A stretch of 64,000 nt of DNA from a virus (IMGVR_UViG_2884546135_000003:1708-65707); one strand, 5' to 3'. Positions 27,369 through 35,411 are shown, numbered from the stretch's first letter. Numbers and translations: made by a program. The notes: generated by a model from the letters alone, not told the origin.

Positions 27369-27741
27369 CTGGGTCGTCGTCACCTGTGTCAGGTAGTGTG
27401 ATTTTCGAGGCGTCGGCCGGAGTAGCACCCATCTGGCCAAGCATCTGGCGTAAGAGATTGAGGGCCTGAACGCCGACTTCCTGCCCCGTCATGACTCGGC
27501 CCTGCAGAGTGGATGCCATACCGACAAGCATGCGGTGCGAACCGTTCAGCCATGGCATTTCCTTTTGAAACAGCTTCCACGCCGATCGAGCCTTACAGGT
27601 GGCTGTGTCCTTCAACCAAGCCGGAGGAGCCCCGAGAGGCGAGTCAATTCCGACTTCCTTCCGATCCTTGAATCGGCCTGGGTTCATCTTGTCCGACGCC
27701 TCGACCGCAGCCTTGGCGCGCGGCTTTCTGGGGCGCGGCAT
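27337..27741 (-). CDS. terS: Terminase small subunit
   Basis: MPRPRKP start, LG.PP.WL, L.QMG.TPADASKI; directly upstream of terL. Confidence 0.85.
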   Translation of the reverse strand: MPRPRKPRAKAAVEASDKMNPGRFKDRKEVGIDSPLGAPPAWLKDTATCKARSAWKLFQKEMPWLNGSHRMLVGMASTLQGRVMTGQEVGVQALNLLRQMLGQMGATPADASKITLPDTGDDDPDEELFKRDGA

Positions 27742-27779
27742 AGAAAAACTCCTATTTCACCACAAGTTGGGGTCATATT

Positions 27780-27860
27780 ATGAATTGCAGATGCGTGCAG
27801 AACGGGACCGCGCCGGTCCTAGGATGGGCGATCCCCAAGGATCGAATCCCCCCCCCTACG
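27780..27860. other. Probable cos/packaging region
   Basis: Non-coding gap between the HNH gene and terS with a C9 run at 27848-27856; typical HK97-like layout; exact cut site not identifiable. Confidence 0.4.
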
Positions 27861-27888
27861 CCAAAACCTTCAATGATATCAAAGTTCT

Positions 27889-27901
27889 ACAAATTTGTCA
27901 A
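27889..27901 (-). promoter_or_regulatory. ACAAATTTGT operator/-35 box upstream of terS
   Basis: Minus strand CTTGACAAATTTGTAG. Confidence 0.7.
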
Positions 27902-27985
27902 GCGATATCTTTGAAAAAATGATCTTTTTTCTAATTTTTTTTGGTTTATTTTGCTATTGACTTTTCTTGATCCGCTCATCAAGAG

Positions 27986-28267
27986 CTAGGCCAATGGCCA
28001 GCCATCCGCACCAAATACGATCACGTCTTGCCCTGCCTCCTCGCGCTGCTTGCGCTTGTTGTGGCATGGTGAGCAGAGGGATTGGAGATTGAGTGGGTCA
28101 GTGAACAGCTTCATGTCGCCACGATGTGGCGTGATGTGGTCGACAGTGTCGGCCGCTGTTACCTCTTCGCTTTCCAGGCAGTACTCGCACAACGGCTGCT
28201 TGATCAGCTGCCTGCTTCTAAGCCTGCGCCACACAGCCAGCTTGTATAGGTGTGTGTGCTTGCCCAT
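27986..28267 (-). CDS. Packaging-associated HNH endonuclease (HK97 gp74-like)
   Basis: PLCEYC, VDHITPHRGD..LF.D..NLQSLC..CHN..KQ..E; adjacent to terS. Confidence 0.88.
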   Translation of the reverse strand: MGKHTHLYKLAVWRRLRSRQLIKQPLCEYCLESEEVTAADTVDHITPHRGDMKLFTDPLNLQSLCSPCHNKRKQREEAGQDVIVFGADGWPLA

Positions 28268-28285
28268 GCGCTACCCTGTGTGGAT

Positions 28286-28361
28286 TGGTCAGCGTAGCAG
28301 GGCTCGAACCTGCGGCCTCCGGTTCCCAAAACCGGCGCTCTCCCTTCTGAGCTACACGCTG
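28286..28361 (-). tRNA. tRNA-Pro(UGG) with encoded CCA
   Basis: Cloverleaf: acceptor CAGCGTG/TACGCTG, anticodon arm CCGGT-TTTGGGA-ACCGG, T-loop TTCGAGC. Confidence 0.95.
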
Positions 28362-28386
28362 TAACCGGATACGGTAGGCCGAGATG

Positions 28387-28462
28387 TGGAGCCGGCAGCA
28401 AGAGTTGAACTTGCGACCCGCTGTTTACAAGACAGCCGCTCTGGCCACTGAGCTATACCGGC
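28387..28462 (-). tRNA. tRNA-Thr(UGU) with encoded CCA
   Basis: Cloverleaf: acceptor GCCGGTA/TGCCGGC, anticodon arm GCTGT-CTTGTAA-ACAGC, T-loop TTCAACT. Confidence 0.95.
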
Positions 28463-28469
28463 ATTAGGA

Positions 28470-28847
28470 TTAGTGCAATGTGGGCTCGATCTGCCCACAG
28501 AACCAACCAAAGCTCTTAGCTGTACGCCTTCTGTGGCAGTTGGCACATCTAACATCGCATTTTTCAATTTCAGCCAACACCTTACCAGCGGCGTATCCGC
28601 TGCTTACGCAATCTGAAATATTGAAAAGCTTATTTTCGTCGTCTCTATGATCGAACTCAAGGACTGTTGGGTCACTCTCGCCGCAATCGATACAAGGGTT
28701 TTGTTTTAGGTAATCCCATATAAGCGATCTTATTTTTATTGCGGCTTTCTTTTTGTGGGCCATGGCCCTTTCTTTGTACACGCTTTTGTTTGCTCGATAA
28801 TGAGCCCTACCATATGCTCTTCTGGCTTCAATGTCGGCGTGTGCCAT
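28470..28847 (-). CDS. HNH endonuclease adjacent to the tRNA genes
   Basis: PCIDCG....VLEFDH...K.FNIS......EIEKCDVRCANCHRRR; AT-rich. Confidence 0.85.
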   Translation of the reverse strand: MAHADIEARRAYGRAHYRANKSVYKERAMAHKKKAAIKIRSLIWDYLKQNPCIDCGESDPTVLEFDHRDDENKLFNISDCVSSGYAAGKVLAEIEKCDVRCANCHRRRTAKSFGWFCGQIEPTLH

Positions 28848-28859
28848 AAAGAATTCCTT

Positions 28860-29135
28860 CGACTACATTAGTCAGGACACATAATTGCTGCCTCGCTCAA
28901 CCGGTGAAAGGATAAGCCGGGAGCGAGGCCACCAGGCTGCGATTATCGCGCCACAGTGATCGAACAAGCTGCGGATGTACACGCGAGCCTTAGCTGGCGT
29001 TTGCTATACCTGCCGCAGTCAGGCTCCAGCCGCGTTAACTCCACAAGACAAGCGACTGCCTTTGTGGTTGGCTGCGCACACGCATGACCCAGACGTTCGC
29101 TGCCTGATCCGGTCAGAGGAGTAGTGCGGCACTAT
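28860..29135 (-). ncRNA. Candidate structured non-coding RNA
   Basis: ORF-free stretch with at least five stems (e.g. 28890-28898 with 28921-28929; 29041-29046 with 29062-29067). Confidence 0.35.
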
Positions 29136-29139
29136 TTTG

Positions 29140-29415
29140 TTACCAGCGACGTGATCCAGCCTTTACACGGATACGCGGCTTCGCTCCGCAATAGACCTCG
29201 CGGACAAACTGCTTGATGTTTTTTGGAATAATGTAGCCGCCGTTCGCATCACAAGCGGCCTGCATCCGTTCACATTTGCAAAGACCATCAGCGCCTCTGC
29301 CTGTGCAAAAACACTGCTGAGACCGCCTGAGTTCTTTGCACAATTTGTCTAGAGGATTACGCGAAACAAGCGGAACAACGCGCGAGTCCTTGTAAGTCGG
29401 ATCGACCAGACACAT
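29140..29415 (-). CDS. Cys-rich hypothetical protein
   Basis: ATG behind a GGGAAA RBS; several Cys residues. Confidence 0.45.
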   Translation of the reverse strand: MCLVDPTYKDSRVVPLVSRNPLDKLCKELRRSQQCFCTGRGADGLCKCERMQAACDANGGYIIPKNIKQFVREVYCGAKPRIRVKAGSRRW

Positions 29416-29553
29416 TGTTTTTTCCCTTTCAGAATTCCGTAGCGCCACCATTGGCAGCGCTAAAGAGAAGCATCACCGTCCGTTGGCCATTATGACTTCG
29501 GCGCGTCGGTAGAACCTACTTCCTATATAACCAACGACGGGAGACGGTTTGAC

Positions 29554-30264
29554 CTATAGGGCACCACGCAAATCATCCCGCGAGACGTTCCCGGCAAAGT
29601 CTCTAACTCGAACCAAACCAAGGTGTGCGACAGCCTGAGCCGCCCCTCTTGCGCCGGCCTCGTTACCGACCCCCATGCGCCTGCCCGCTTGTTCGTACGT
29701 CAAGCCATCGCACACCATCTCTTCGAAAGGCCCCAGAATTGGCCCCAGAAGCTGCTCTAGACGCGGATAAAGCCTTTCGGCGTCCATCCTGTCATTTACC
29801 GCACGATCACCACTCCACGCCCCTTGTATCGGCGCCTTGATGTCATCTGGATTGGTTTTGTCGTCGGCCTTGGTCGTTCTAGTTCCGCAGTTGACCTTTG
29901 CTCCAGAAGCCTTGCTTTGTCGGATGTCGGCTTGAACAATCTCGCCGTTTCGGCGAATACGCGTCTCACGATCGATCATGACCTCTCGCATATCAACGCT
30001 GCCACCACCGCCAATCAGTGGATTGCTGTGTGCCTGAGCCTCTACCTTGCGATAGAACATGGCCGCTTTCAGGAGCTCTTGATTGCCCTCACGAATGAGG
30101 GCCGTTGCAAGTGGCCAATTGATGTTGTTTGCTGAGCTTTTGCCGTCCCAGTCATCACCGATCGACTGGCGCTTCTTGATCTTCCTGGCCGCTTTCGTGA
30201 CCGCTTTGGATTCTTCTTTTTTGCGCTGCGCTTGCTGCGCCTCGCTGAGTGCTACTGATGACAC
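29554..30264 (-). CDS. Possible late-gene transcriptional regulator
   Basis: C-terminal VCDGLTYEQAGRRMG HTH-like segment; sits upstream of the tRNA and packaging genes, where Q-like activators lie. Confidence 0.45.
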   Translation of the reverse strand: MSSVALSEAQQAQRKKEESKAVTKAARKIKKRQSIGDDWDGKSSANNINWPLATALIREGNQELLKAAMFYRKVEAQAHSNPLIGGGGSVDMREVMIDRETRIRRNGEIVQADIRQSKASGAKVNCGTRTTKADDKTNPDDIKAPIQGAWSGDRAVNDRMDAERLYPRLEQLLGPILGPFEEMVCDGLTYEQAGRRMGVGNEAGARGAAQAVAHLGLVRVRDFAGNVSRDDLRGAL

Positions 30265-30305
30265 TGCGATTCCCCGATTGGTTTCTCGCTATGTATACCA
30301 TTTCT

Positions 30306-30318
30306 ACAAATTTGTCAA
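30306..30318 (-). promoter_or_regulatory. ACAAATTTGT operator/-35 box
   Basis: Minus strand CTTGACAAATTTGTAGAAATGGTATAC. Confidence 0.7.
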
Positions 30319-30319
30319 G

Positions 30320-30523
30320 CTAAACACGAGGTAATATGCCGTATGACGAATAGACGGTTTCGGGAATAGGTTCCGGCTCCGGCTCGAACCGTTCCGCGAG
30401 GTTGAGCAACAGGTTTGCGATCTGGACCGCATCGTCCACCGGGATCTGATTGTGAGACCGGTAGAGCAGCTTGTTGGCCATCTCGTGGGCCTGTTTCGTC
30501 AGGTCTTCTGTGGTGTACATCAC
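30320..30523 (-). CDS. Hypothetical protein
   Basis: 67-aa ORF in a co-oriented gene run. Confidence 0.5.
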   Translation of the reverse strand: MMYTTEDLTKQAHEMANKLLYRSHNQIPVDDAVQIANLLLNLAERFEPEPEPIPETVYSSYGILPRV

Positions 30524-30558
30524 TGGCCTGCTAATTAAGGAAAAGGCGGTTTCGTTTA

Positions 30559-30900
30559 TTAAGATGCCTGCGGTGGATCCATAACCACGTCCGCTGGGTG
30601 GCTGAAAAGGGACTGCTCGCCGTCTTCGCGGGCAAACCTGATGTAACCGTTCGGGTTCGGGTAGACGCCGGTCACGAGATAGGCAGGCTCGCCGCCAACC
30701 GTGATCCGCTTTCCGAAGTCGTCAGGCTCTTGCGCTCGACGCGCAGCAGCGATTTTCAGGAACTCTTTGAACGGCACGTCGTAGGCATGACTGTAATCAC
30801 GCCAGGCAGCGGCAATAGCCTTCCCGCGAGACGCTGCGGCATAGTTCACGTCGGCGAAGCCAACGACCTGGACTCGGTACAGCTTCAAACGAAAGGTCAT
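30559..30900 (-). CDS. Hypothetical protein
   Basis: ATGA-coupled start MTFRLK. Confidence 0.55.
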   Translation of the reverse strand: MTFRLKLYRVQVVGFADVNYAAASRGKAIAAAWRDYSHAYDVPFKEFLKIAAARRAQEPDDFGKRITVGGEPAYLVTGVYPNPNGYIRFAREDGEQSLFSHPADVVMDPPQAS

Positions 30901-31094
30901 GCCGGCATCACCGAAACGCGTTCCCAAACCCCTACCACGTCCTTGGCCCCGCAATAATCACACTGGCTCGAACTGCGCACGTATCGCTCCCAATAAGGCT
31001 GCAGCCAGACACAGTTTTCTCCATCGTCCACGTGTGTCGGAAACCAGGCAAAATGCCTCTGCCACTGCGGGCTGTATTCGCTTGGCCAAATCAT
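30897..31094 (-). CDS. Small protein with FAWFP motif
   Basis: ATGA-coupled; HFAWFP...VWLQ, resembles the ORF at about 55025-55198. Confidence 0.5.
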   Translation of the reverse strand: MIWPSEYSPQWQRHFAWFPTHVDDGENCVWLQPYWERYVRSSSQCDYCGAKDVVGVWERVSVMPA

Positions 31095-31468
31095 CCAGAC
31101 CATCCATTGCTCAGCAAAACATTGTCCCGCGGATATGCACCATTTGTGGTGTCGATCCAGGTGTTGCCCTTGGCGTCCTCGAAAACACGCATGGCCTCGA
31201 AGTAGCCATCTTTTGTCCAGATCACGTCGCCGGCCTCGATTGGGAACTGCACGGTAATGCTGGCAGGTTCGCCTGGCTTGAACTCGATATTTGAAACATC
31301 GCACTCAATTTGGCTTCCATCCGGGAAGCAAGCCGTGAGGGTCTTGCGACCTGCGCCGAAACACTGCCAACCTTCGTCGGTGACTTCCACCTGTTTAAGG
31401 TCACGAGTAAGGGCTATACCGTTGTTTGGCGGCACTGCCCATGGAGCTGTTTTTTTGTCAGGATACAT
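31091..31468 (-). CDS. Hypothetical protein
   Basis: Coupled ORF with GGAGG RBS. Confidence 0.55.
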   Translation of the reverse strand: MYPDKKTAPWAVPPNNGIALTRDLKQVEVTDEGWQCFGAGRKTLTACFPDGSQIECDVSNIEFKPGEPASITVQFPIEAGDVIWTKDGYFEAMRVFEDAKGNTWIDTTNGAYPRDNVLLSNGWSG

Positions 31469-31988
31469 CACATTCCTCCAACCATTTCTCAACCAGAGCC
31501 ACGGCCTGGGCCGCGGCATCTTCCTCTGTGACTGCCCGCACCACTTCAACGCGATGCCCGATCGCTTCAAGCATGGGGTGACGTCTCTGCTGGCTCTTTG
31601 TCAGCCCGGCCTTACCGACCTTGTTCTCGATGAGTCCTATGCGTTGGCGCGGCAGGTAGATCCGAACATCGGCCTCGCCTGCCTCCATGCCTGCCGCTAT
31701 TGCTTGCACCTGGGCCTTTGCCCCGCGTTTGCTGGCGTTTTGATCCCCGGCCGTCAGGAAACGCTTGCCGTAATCCGGATGGGCCTTCAGGGCTCGGATC
31801 TGGGAGGCTTGAAGCTCCCATTCCTCCGGCAACGCGTCTTTGACAGAAACCTTGCCTTTCGCGCTGGTGCGAATAACCACCCGCTTGCCTGCGATGCGCG
31901 TGGTCTGCTGGCTTGCGCTAGCCACCGCTGTAGCGCTCGGTGTAGGTGGAATAGCGACCCTGGCCGTCCCAGGAATTGTAGCGGACAT
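31458..31988 (-). CDS. VRR-NUC domain nuclease
   Basis: G..AGEADV.I......LIENK....LT.SQ..RH..L..IG..V.VV. Confidence 0.8.
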   Translation of the reverse strand: MSATIPGTARVAIPPTPSATAVASASQQTTRIAGKRVVIRTSAKGKVSVKDALPEEWELQASQIRALKAHPDYGKRFLTAGDQNASKRGAKAQVQAIAAGMEAGEADVRIYLPRQRIGLIENKVGKAGLTKSQQRRHPMLEAIGHRVEVVRAVTEEDAAAQAVALVEKWLEECDVS

Positions 31989-32027
31989 AGCTGACGCCTT
32001 GCCACGTGAAGTAGGTCACGCTGGTTT

Positions 32028-32333
32028 TCATAACGCGTCCCTCTGCTGAGCATCTGCGATGTCGACGAAGTGGTTCCACAACCCGGTGATGATGTCGGCA
32101 TGGACGCTGGAATTCGGGCTTGTCCCTGTGTGACACAGGACCGTTGCCGTGCCGCTCAAGTAAACGCCATGCAAATACCTGTCGCCTTCCGTTCCGAAGG
32201 ACTCGCGTGTGATGCGAAGTGTGTTTGCGAAGTCTTTCACGTGCATCTCGTCGGTCTGCTCATGCGTTCGCCCATGCTCGACCTTGCCGATTGCGAGGAG
32301 TTGCTCAGCGATGTGATCCGGGAGTCTGGTCAT
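32028..32333 (-). CDS. Hypothetical protein
   Basis: ATGA-coupled; LCHTGTSPNS. Confidence 0.55.
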   Translation of the reverse strand: MTRLPDHIAEQLLAIGKVEHGRTHEQTDEMHVKDFANTLRITRESFGTEGDRYLHGVYLSGTATVLCHTGTSPNSSVHADIITGLWNHFVDIADAQQRDAL

Positions 32334-32614
32334 GCCGCACCTTTTTGCTCTTTCACTGGATCGCACATAAGGGCATAGCTGTCGCCGGACCAATTGTGCT
32401 CCTGCAGGAATCCGGCAATTCCGTCCTTGTGCTCCGTCGCAATTGCGATCAGCTCAGCAAGCCATGTGATCGGAATATCCGCGTTGTGGACAATCACACA
32501 GGAATGGCCAACTATGAGATGGGTATTGCCTTCCCATGTTTCCTCGATTTCGAAGAAAGAGCCGCCGCGCGCACCCTCCCCGCTAAACCTGTTCGGGCAT
32601 TTGTGTTTCGCCAT
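32330..32614 (-). CDS. Hypothetical protein
   Basis: Coupled ORF. Confidence 0.55.
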   Translation of the reverse strand: MAKHKCPNRFSGEGARGGSFFEIEETWEGNTHLIVGHSCVIVHNADIPITWLAELIAIATEHKDGIAGFLQEHNWSGDSYALMCDPVKEQKGAA

Positions 32615-33009
32615 CAGTCGTCCTTCGGATCCGTGAATGTGAGCCCGCCGTCTACCTGCCTCGCGAATTCCGGGACATCCCAGCTCCGCTCGTCATCCTC
32701 CGGGATTTCCAGCCAGGTAAACCATTCCTCTTTGTGCTCGACGGGAACGACATAGTCGTGCCCGCTGTTGTCGCCCGCGAGGAAGTAACGGGTTGGAGGC
32801 GCCGCAGGCTCGATGAGAATGAGTTCGTTCGTGAATGCCCACGGACCGTCGTCACCCACAACTTGAGCCCCGTCCTCCATCCGAATTCCAGATCCCGGTT
32901 TCATTCGTGCCGAGCGCTCTTCGATGTAGTCGATGATGTAACTCGTGAACCTGGTCCCCCAGGTCACGCGATCGCCGACCCTGAACTCGTGCTTGCTCGA
33001 ATCTTCCAT
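32614..33009 (-). CDS. Hypothetical protein
   Basis: FRVGDRV N-terminus; first gene behind the operator at 33060. Confidence 0.6.
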   Translation of the reverse strand: MEDSSKHEFRVGDRVTWGTRFTSYIIDYIEERSARMKPGSGIRMEDGAQVVGDDGPWAFTNELILIEPAAPPTRYFLAGDNSGHDYVVPVEHKEEWFTWLEIPEDDERSWDVPEFARQVDGGLTFTDPKDD

Positions 33010-33059
33010 GGATGCCTCGTGGTGGTTTTTGCTGGTGGAAAGGTGTGTATATCATTTCT

Positions 33060-33072
33060 ACAAATTTGTCAA
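33060..33072 (-). promoter_or_regulatory. ACAAATTTGT operator/-35 box
   Basis: Minus strand CTTGACAAATTTGTAGAAATGATATAC. Confidence 0.7.
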
Positions 33073-33179
33073 GGCGCGTGTGCGGCAGGCGGGAGGCCGA
33101 GCGGCCGGCACATGGCTGGTGAGAGTTGACGGCCTTCAATCAGTCGGCTGTCCGCTTTCGGCTGGCCGCTATTTCGATT

Positions 33180-33446
33180 TGCGCAATTCTCGCGTCTCAA
33201 ATCCTATCTTTCTAACACCCCTGCTAAATTATATTGCGAACATCAGTGCGCACCAAAGTATGCGCATGAAATTCGCATATATTTTCGCAGGTATGTAGAG
33301 GTGTCTCCTGGGCCTATTTGCGCAATTCGAAATGCGCAAATTTGATAGAAATGCGCAAGAAGTGCGCAGCCATAAAATGGCGGCTATGCGGGTGGCTGTG
33401 AGAACTGCGCAGGCAGGCGTTGAAAAACAACGGAAAATCCTGCGCA
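33180..33446. repeat. Cluster of nine TGCGCA palindromes (iteron/origin-like)
   Basis: TGCGCA at 33180, 33247, 33261, 33319, 33333, 33352, 33363, 33406 and 33441 in an AT-rich non-coding stretch. Confidence 0.8.
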
Positions 33447-33577
33447 AGTATTGTTTTTGCTGGACTTTCGCACTTTCGCAGATCACCTAACCGCCAACCC
33501 TGGCGCACAACACAAAGTCTGTGGGGTATAAGTGCCATCATTGGCACGTTGCAATTCTCCGCGCCTGCTGTAAGTTA

Positions 33578-33592
33578 GAACAAAACAGGTAC
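33578..33592 (+). promoter_or_regulatory. Alphaproteobacterial LexA (SOS) box
   Basis: GAAC-AAAACAG-GTAC, just downstream of TTGCAA-N16-TAAGTT and 14 bp before the ATG at 33607. Confidence 0.7.
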
Positions 33593-33606
33593 AAAGAGGT
33601 TGCGGC

Positions 33607-33843
33607 ATGGCCCGGAGACGCGGACACATAGACACCCAGAAAGCCCTGGAAGGCCTGCGCAAGGGGCGTGAGAGCGCGATACAGGTGTGCAGCACGGCTC
33701 GCATAGGCTCTCCGCCCTACAGGCTCGCCACAGCGACGCTTGAGGCCATCGACGATCTCGTGGGCGAACTCACGGGCGATCGGGAATATCTGTGGTCCAG
33801 CGCAGCAAAAACCCCGCCTCGGGAGCGAAGCGGGGTTGGTTAG
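33607..33843 (+). CDS. Small SOS-regulated protein (antirepressor candidate)
   Basis: AGAGG RBS; isolated plus-strand gene behind the LexA box. Confidence 0.65.
   Translation: MARRRGHIDTQKALEGLRKGRESAIQVCSTARIGSPPYRLATATLEAIDDLVGELTGDREYLWSSAAKTPPRERSGVG
33807..33837 (-). terminator. Terminator between convergent genes
   Basis: AACCCCGC/GCGGGGTT stem with a T-run on the minus strand. Confidence 0.5.
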
Positions 33844-33870
33844 GTTTTGGGTTGGCTTGTGCGCAATTGC

Positions 33871-34101
33871 TCACGCATATGTCGCCCTGATTTCTAAAAG
33901 CTTCTGCTTGCCGAACTCGATGTCAGCGAGGCGATCGGTATGGTTGGAGCAATTCGCGTAGCCCGGAACAGGCCGAACACTCTCTTCGGCGCGCTTGATG
34001 AACTCGCGCGTCAGGGTAATCATCGAACCCCAATTAAGGACACCAGCATCAACCTTTGCCTTGCTGGCTGCGAGAAGAGCTTTAAACTTGGTGCGTGTCA
34101 T
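33871..34101 (-). CDS. Hypothetical protein
   Basis: CCACAGGAG RBS before MTRTKF. Confidence 0.55.
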   Translation of the reverse strand: MTRTKFKALLAASKAKVDAGVLNWGSMITLTREFIKRAEESVRPVPGYANCSNHTDRLADIEFGKQKLLEIRATYA

Positions 34102-34142
34102 TTCCGTATCTCCTGTGGTGTTGCGCTTAGACTGACACCATC

Positions 34143-34156
34143 TGACAAATTTGTCA
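34143..34156. promoter_or_regulatory. Extended operator TGACAAATTTGTCA
   Basis: 14-bp perfect palindrome between divergent genes. Confidence 0.75.
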
Positions 34157-34191
34157 AACAATAAATGTACAAGATTTTTGTATTTTTGTTG

Positions 34192-34220
34192 TTGACTCAG
34201 ATCTGACAAATTTGTATAAC
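34192..34220 (+). promoter_or_regulatory. Sigma70 promoter with operator in the spacer
   Basis: TTGACT-N17-TATAAC; ACAAATTTGT at 34206-34215. Confidence 0.8.
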
Positions 34221-34246
34221 GGGTCATCAGCAAGGGAGATACGGAA

Positions 34247-34462
34247 ATGAACATGGAACAGATCAAGGCAGAACGCGCAGAGGAACTCAAGAATGAGTTG
34301 GCCGCAATCGACCAGGAAGACACCTTTGCGCAGTATTGGGCGCAATCTCCGTCTGCTTCCGTCATCCGTGACTATAAAGCGGGTCGTACCGTGGAAATCA
34401 AAGCTCGCCGCATTCGCAACCGCAAAAATCGTGAGGCTCTTTCTCGTGCTCGTAAAATTTAA
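34247..34462 (+). CDS. Hypothetical protein
   Basis: GGGAG RBS behind the promoter at 34192. Confidence 0.6.
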   Translation: MNMEQIKAERAEELKNELAAIDQEDTFAQYWAQSPSASVIRDYKAGRTVEIKARRIRNRKNREALSRARKI

Positions 34463-34693
34463 TCACCCATTTAGAGCCCGGCGGAATCATACCTTGCCGG
34501 GCTTCTCGTATCATAAAGGCTTTACACGCCTTCAAAACAACGGAACACCTATTGCGCCAGCAGCAATAGCTTCCCTGCTTCGACACGCAGCAGAGCATCG
34601 GCATCTCCCAATGCATCACAAAATTTACATGGACAAGGTGAGAGCCGTTCGGAAATACGGATCTTGGATAGATTCGAGGGGGAAATACGTTGC

Positions 34694-34885
34694 ATGACTC
34701 CCGCATCCTTCACCGCGTGGCTCGCCGAAATGAAATCCTCGGGCCACGCAAAAACAGACAGGGATATCGCAGCGCTGCTTGGAGTGTCTGCAAATAGCGT
34801 GGTCAATATGAAGCGCAACGGCGCCGATAAGCGCACAGCTCTGGCATGCACCGCCCTGCTCCACGGATTGCCGGCCTATGAATGA
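34694..34885 (+). CDS. Small Cro-like HTH protein
   Basis: TDRDIAALLGVSANSVVNMK. Confidence 0.65.
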   Translation: MTPASFTAWLAEMKSSGHAKTDRDIAALLGVSANSVVNMKRNGADKRTALACTALLHGLPAYE

Positions 34886-34911
34886 AAATACAAAATTCTT
34901 GTATTTTCTAT

Positions 34912-34940
34912 TTGACATTGGTTTGACAAATTTGTATAAC
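34912..34940 (+). promoter_or_regulatory. Near-consensus sigma70 promoter with operator in the spacer
   Basis: TTGACA-N17-TATAAC; ACAAATTTGT at 34926-34935. Confidence 0.85.
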
Positions 34941-34966
34941 TAAATCATCGAAAGGGAGACGTGGAA

Positions 34967-35137
34967 ATGACCAACATCAAATCAGCTACACTCAAAAGGA
35001 ATGATAAAGAACTTGAGATCTTCGTCGGTGAGCTGGAAGAAAACTCCCGTGGAGAGCCGCGCTATGTGGCGAGCAAGCAGCCCGATATGAAGTACGTATT
35101 CTACGCAGATCCTGAGTACGTGACCATCAATGAGTGA
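34967..35137 (+). CDS. Small protein, not in the ORF track (56 aa)
   Basis: GGGAG RBS; MTNIKSATLKRNDKELEIFVGELE... Confidence 0.55.
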   Translation: MTNIKSATLKRNDKELEIFVGELEENSRGEPRYVASKQPDMKYVFYADPEYVTINE

Positions 35138-35366
35138 TATCACGAAAGACGCCATGTACTGGGCCAATGTTGGTGATAACCGAGTTGGTCCTCTCATGAG
35201 AGAGTTGATCGAGGCGCTTGCCGAGAGTGATGACCCGCATTTCGTGCGCCAAATCTCTCGACGTATACAGCTTCTTTCCAGCTCTCTAAACTCAATGGCG
35301 CACAAGATGGCGAAGTCCCATGATCGCGAGTCTTGCCCTTTGTGCCAAAAGGGAAGCCCGCTATAA
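35130..35366 (+). CDS. Hypothetical protein
   Basis: Overlaps the upstream stop. Confidence 0.5.
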   Translation: MSDITKDAMYWANVGDNRVGPLMRELIEALAESDDPHFVRQISRRIQLLSSSLNSMAHKMAKSHDRESCPLCQKGSPL

Positions 35367-35387
35367 AAGCTTGCCGTCCCACGAACG

Positions 35388-35411
35388 AAAAAGCCAGCCC
35401 GAAGGCTGGCT
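35388..35411 (-). terminator. Terminator at the end of the replication operon
   Basis: Minus strand GCCAGCC-TTCG-GGCTGGC followed by TTTTT. Confidence 0.75.

Noticed and set aside
27848-27856. C9 run as a phase-variation tract
   Set aside because: Non-coding and within the probable cos region, where G/C runs are common in HK97-like phages
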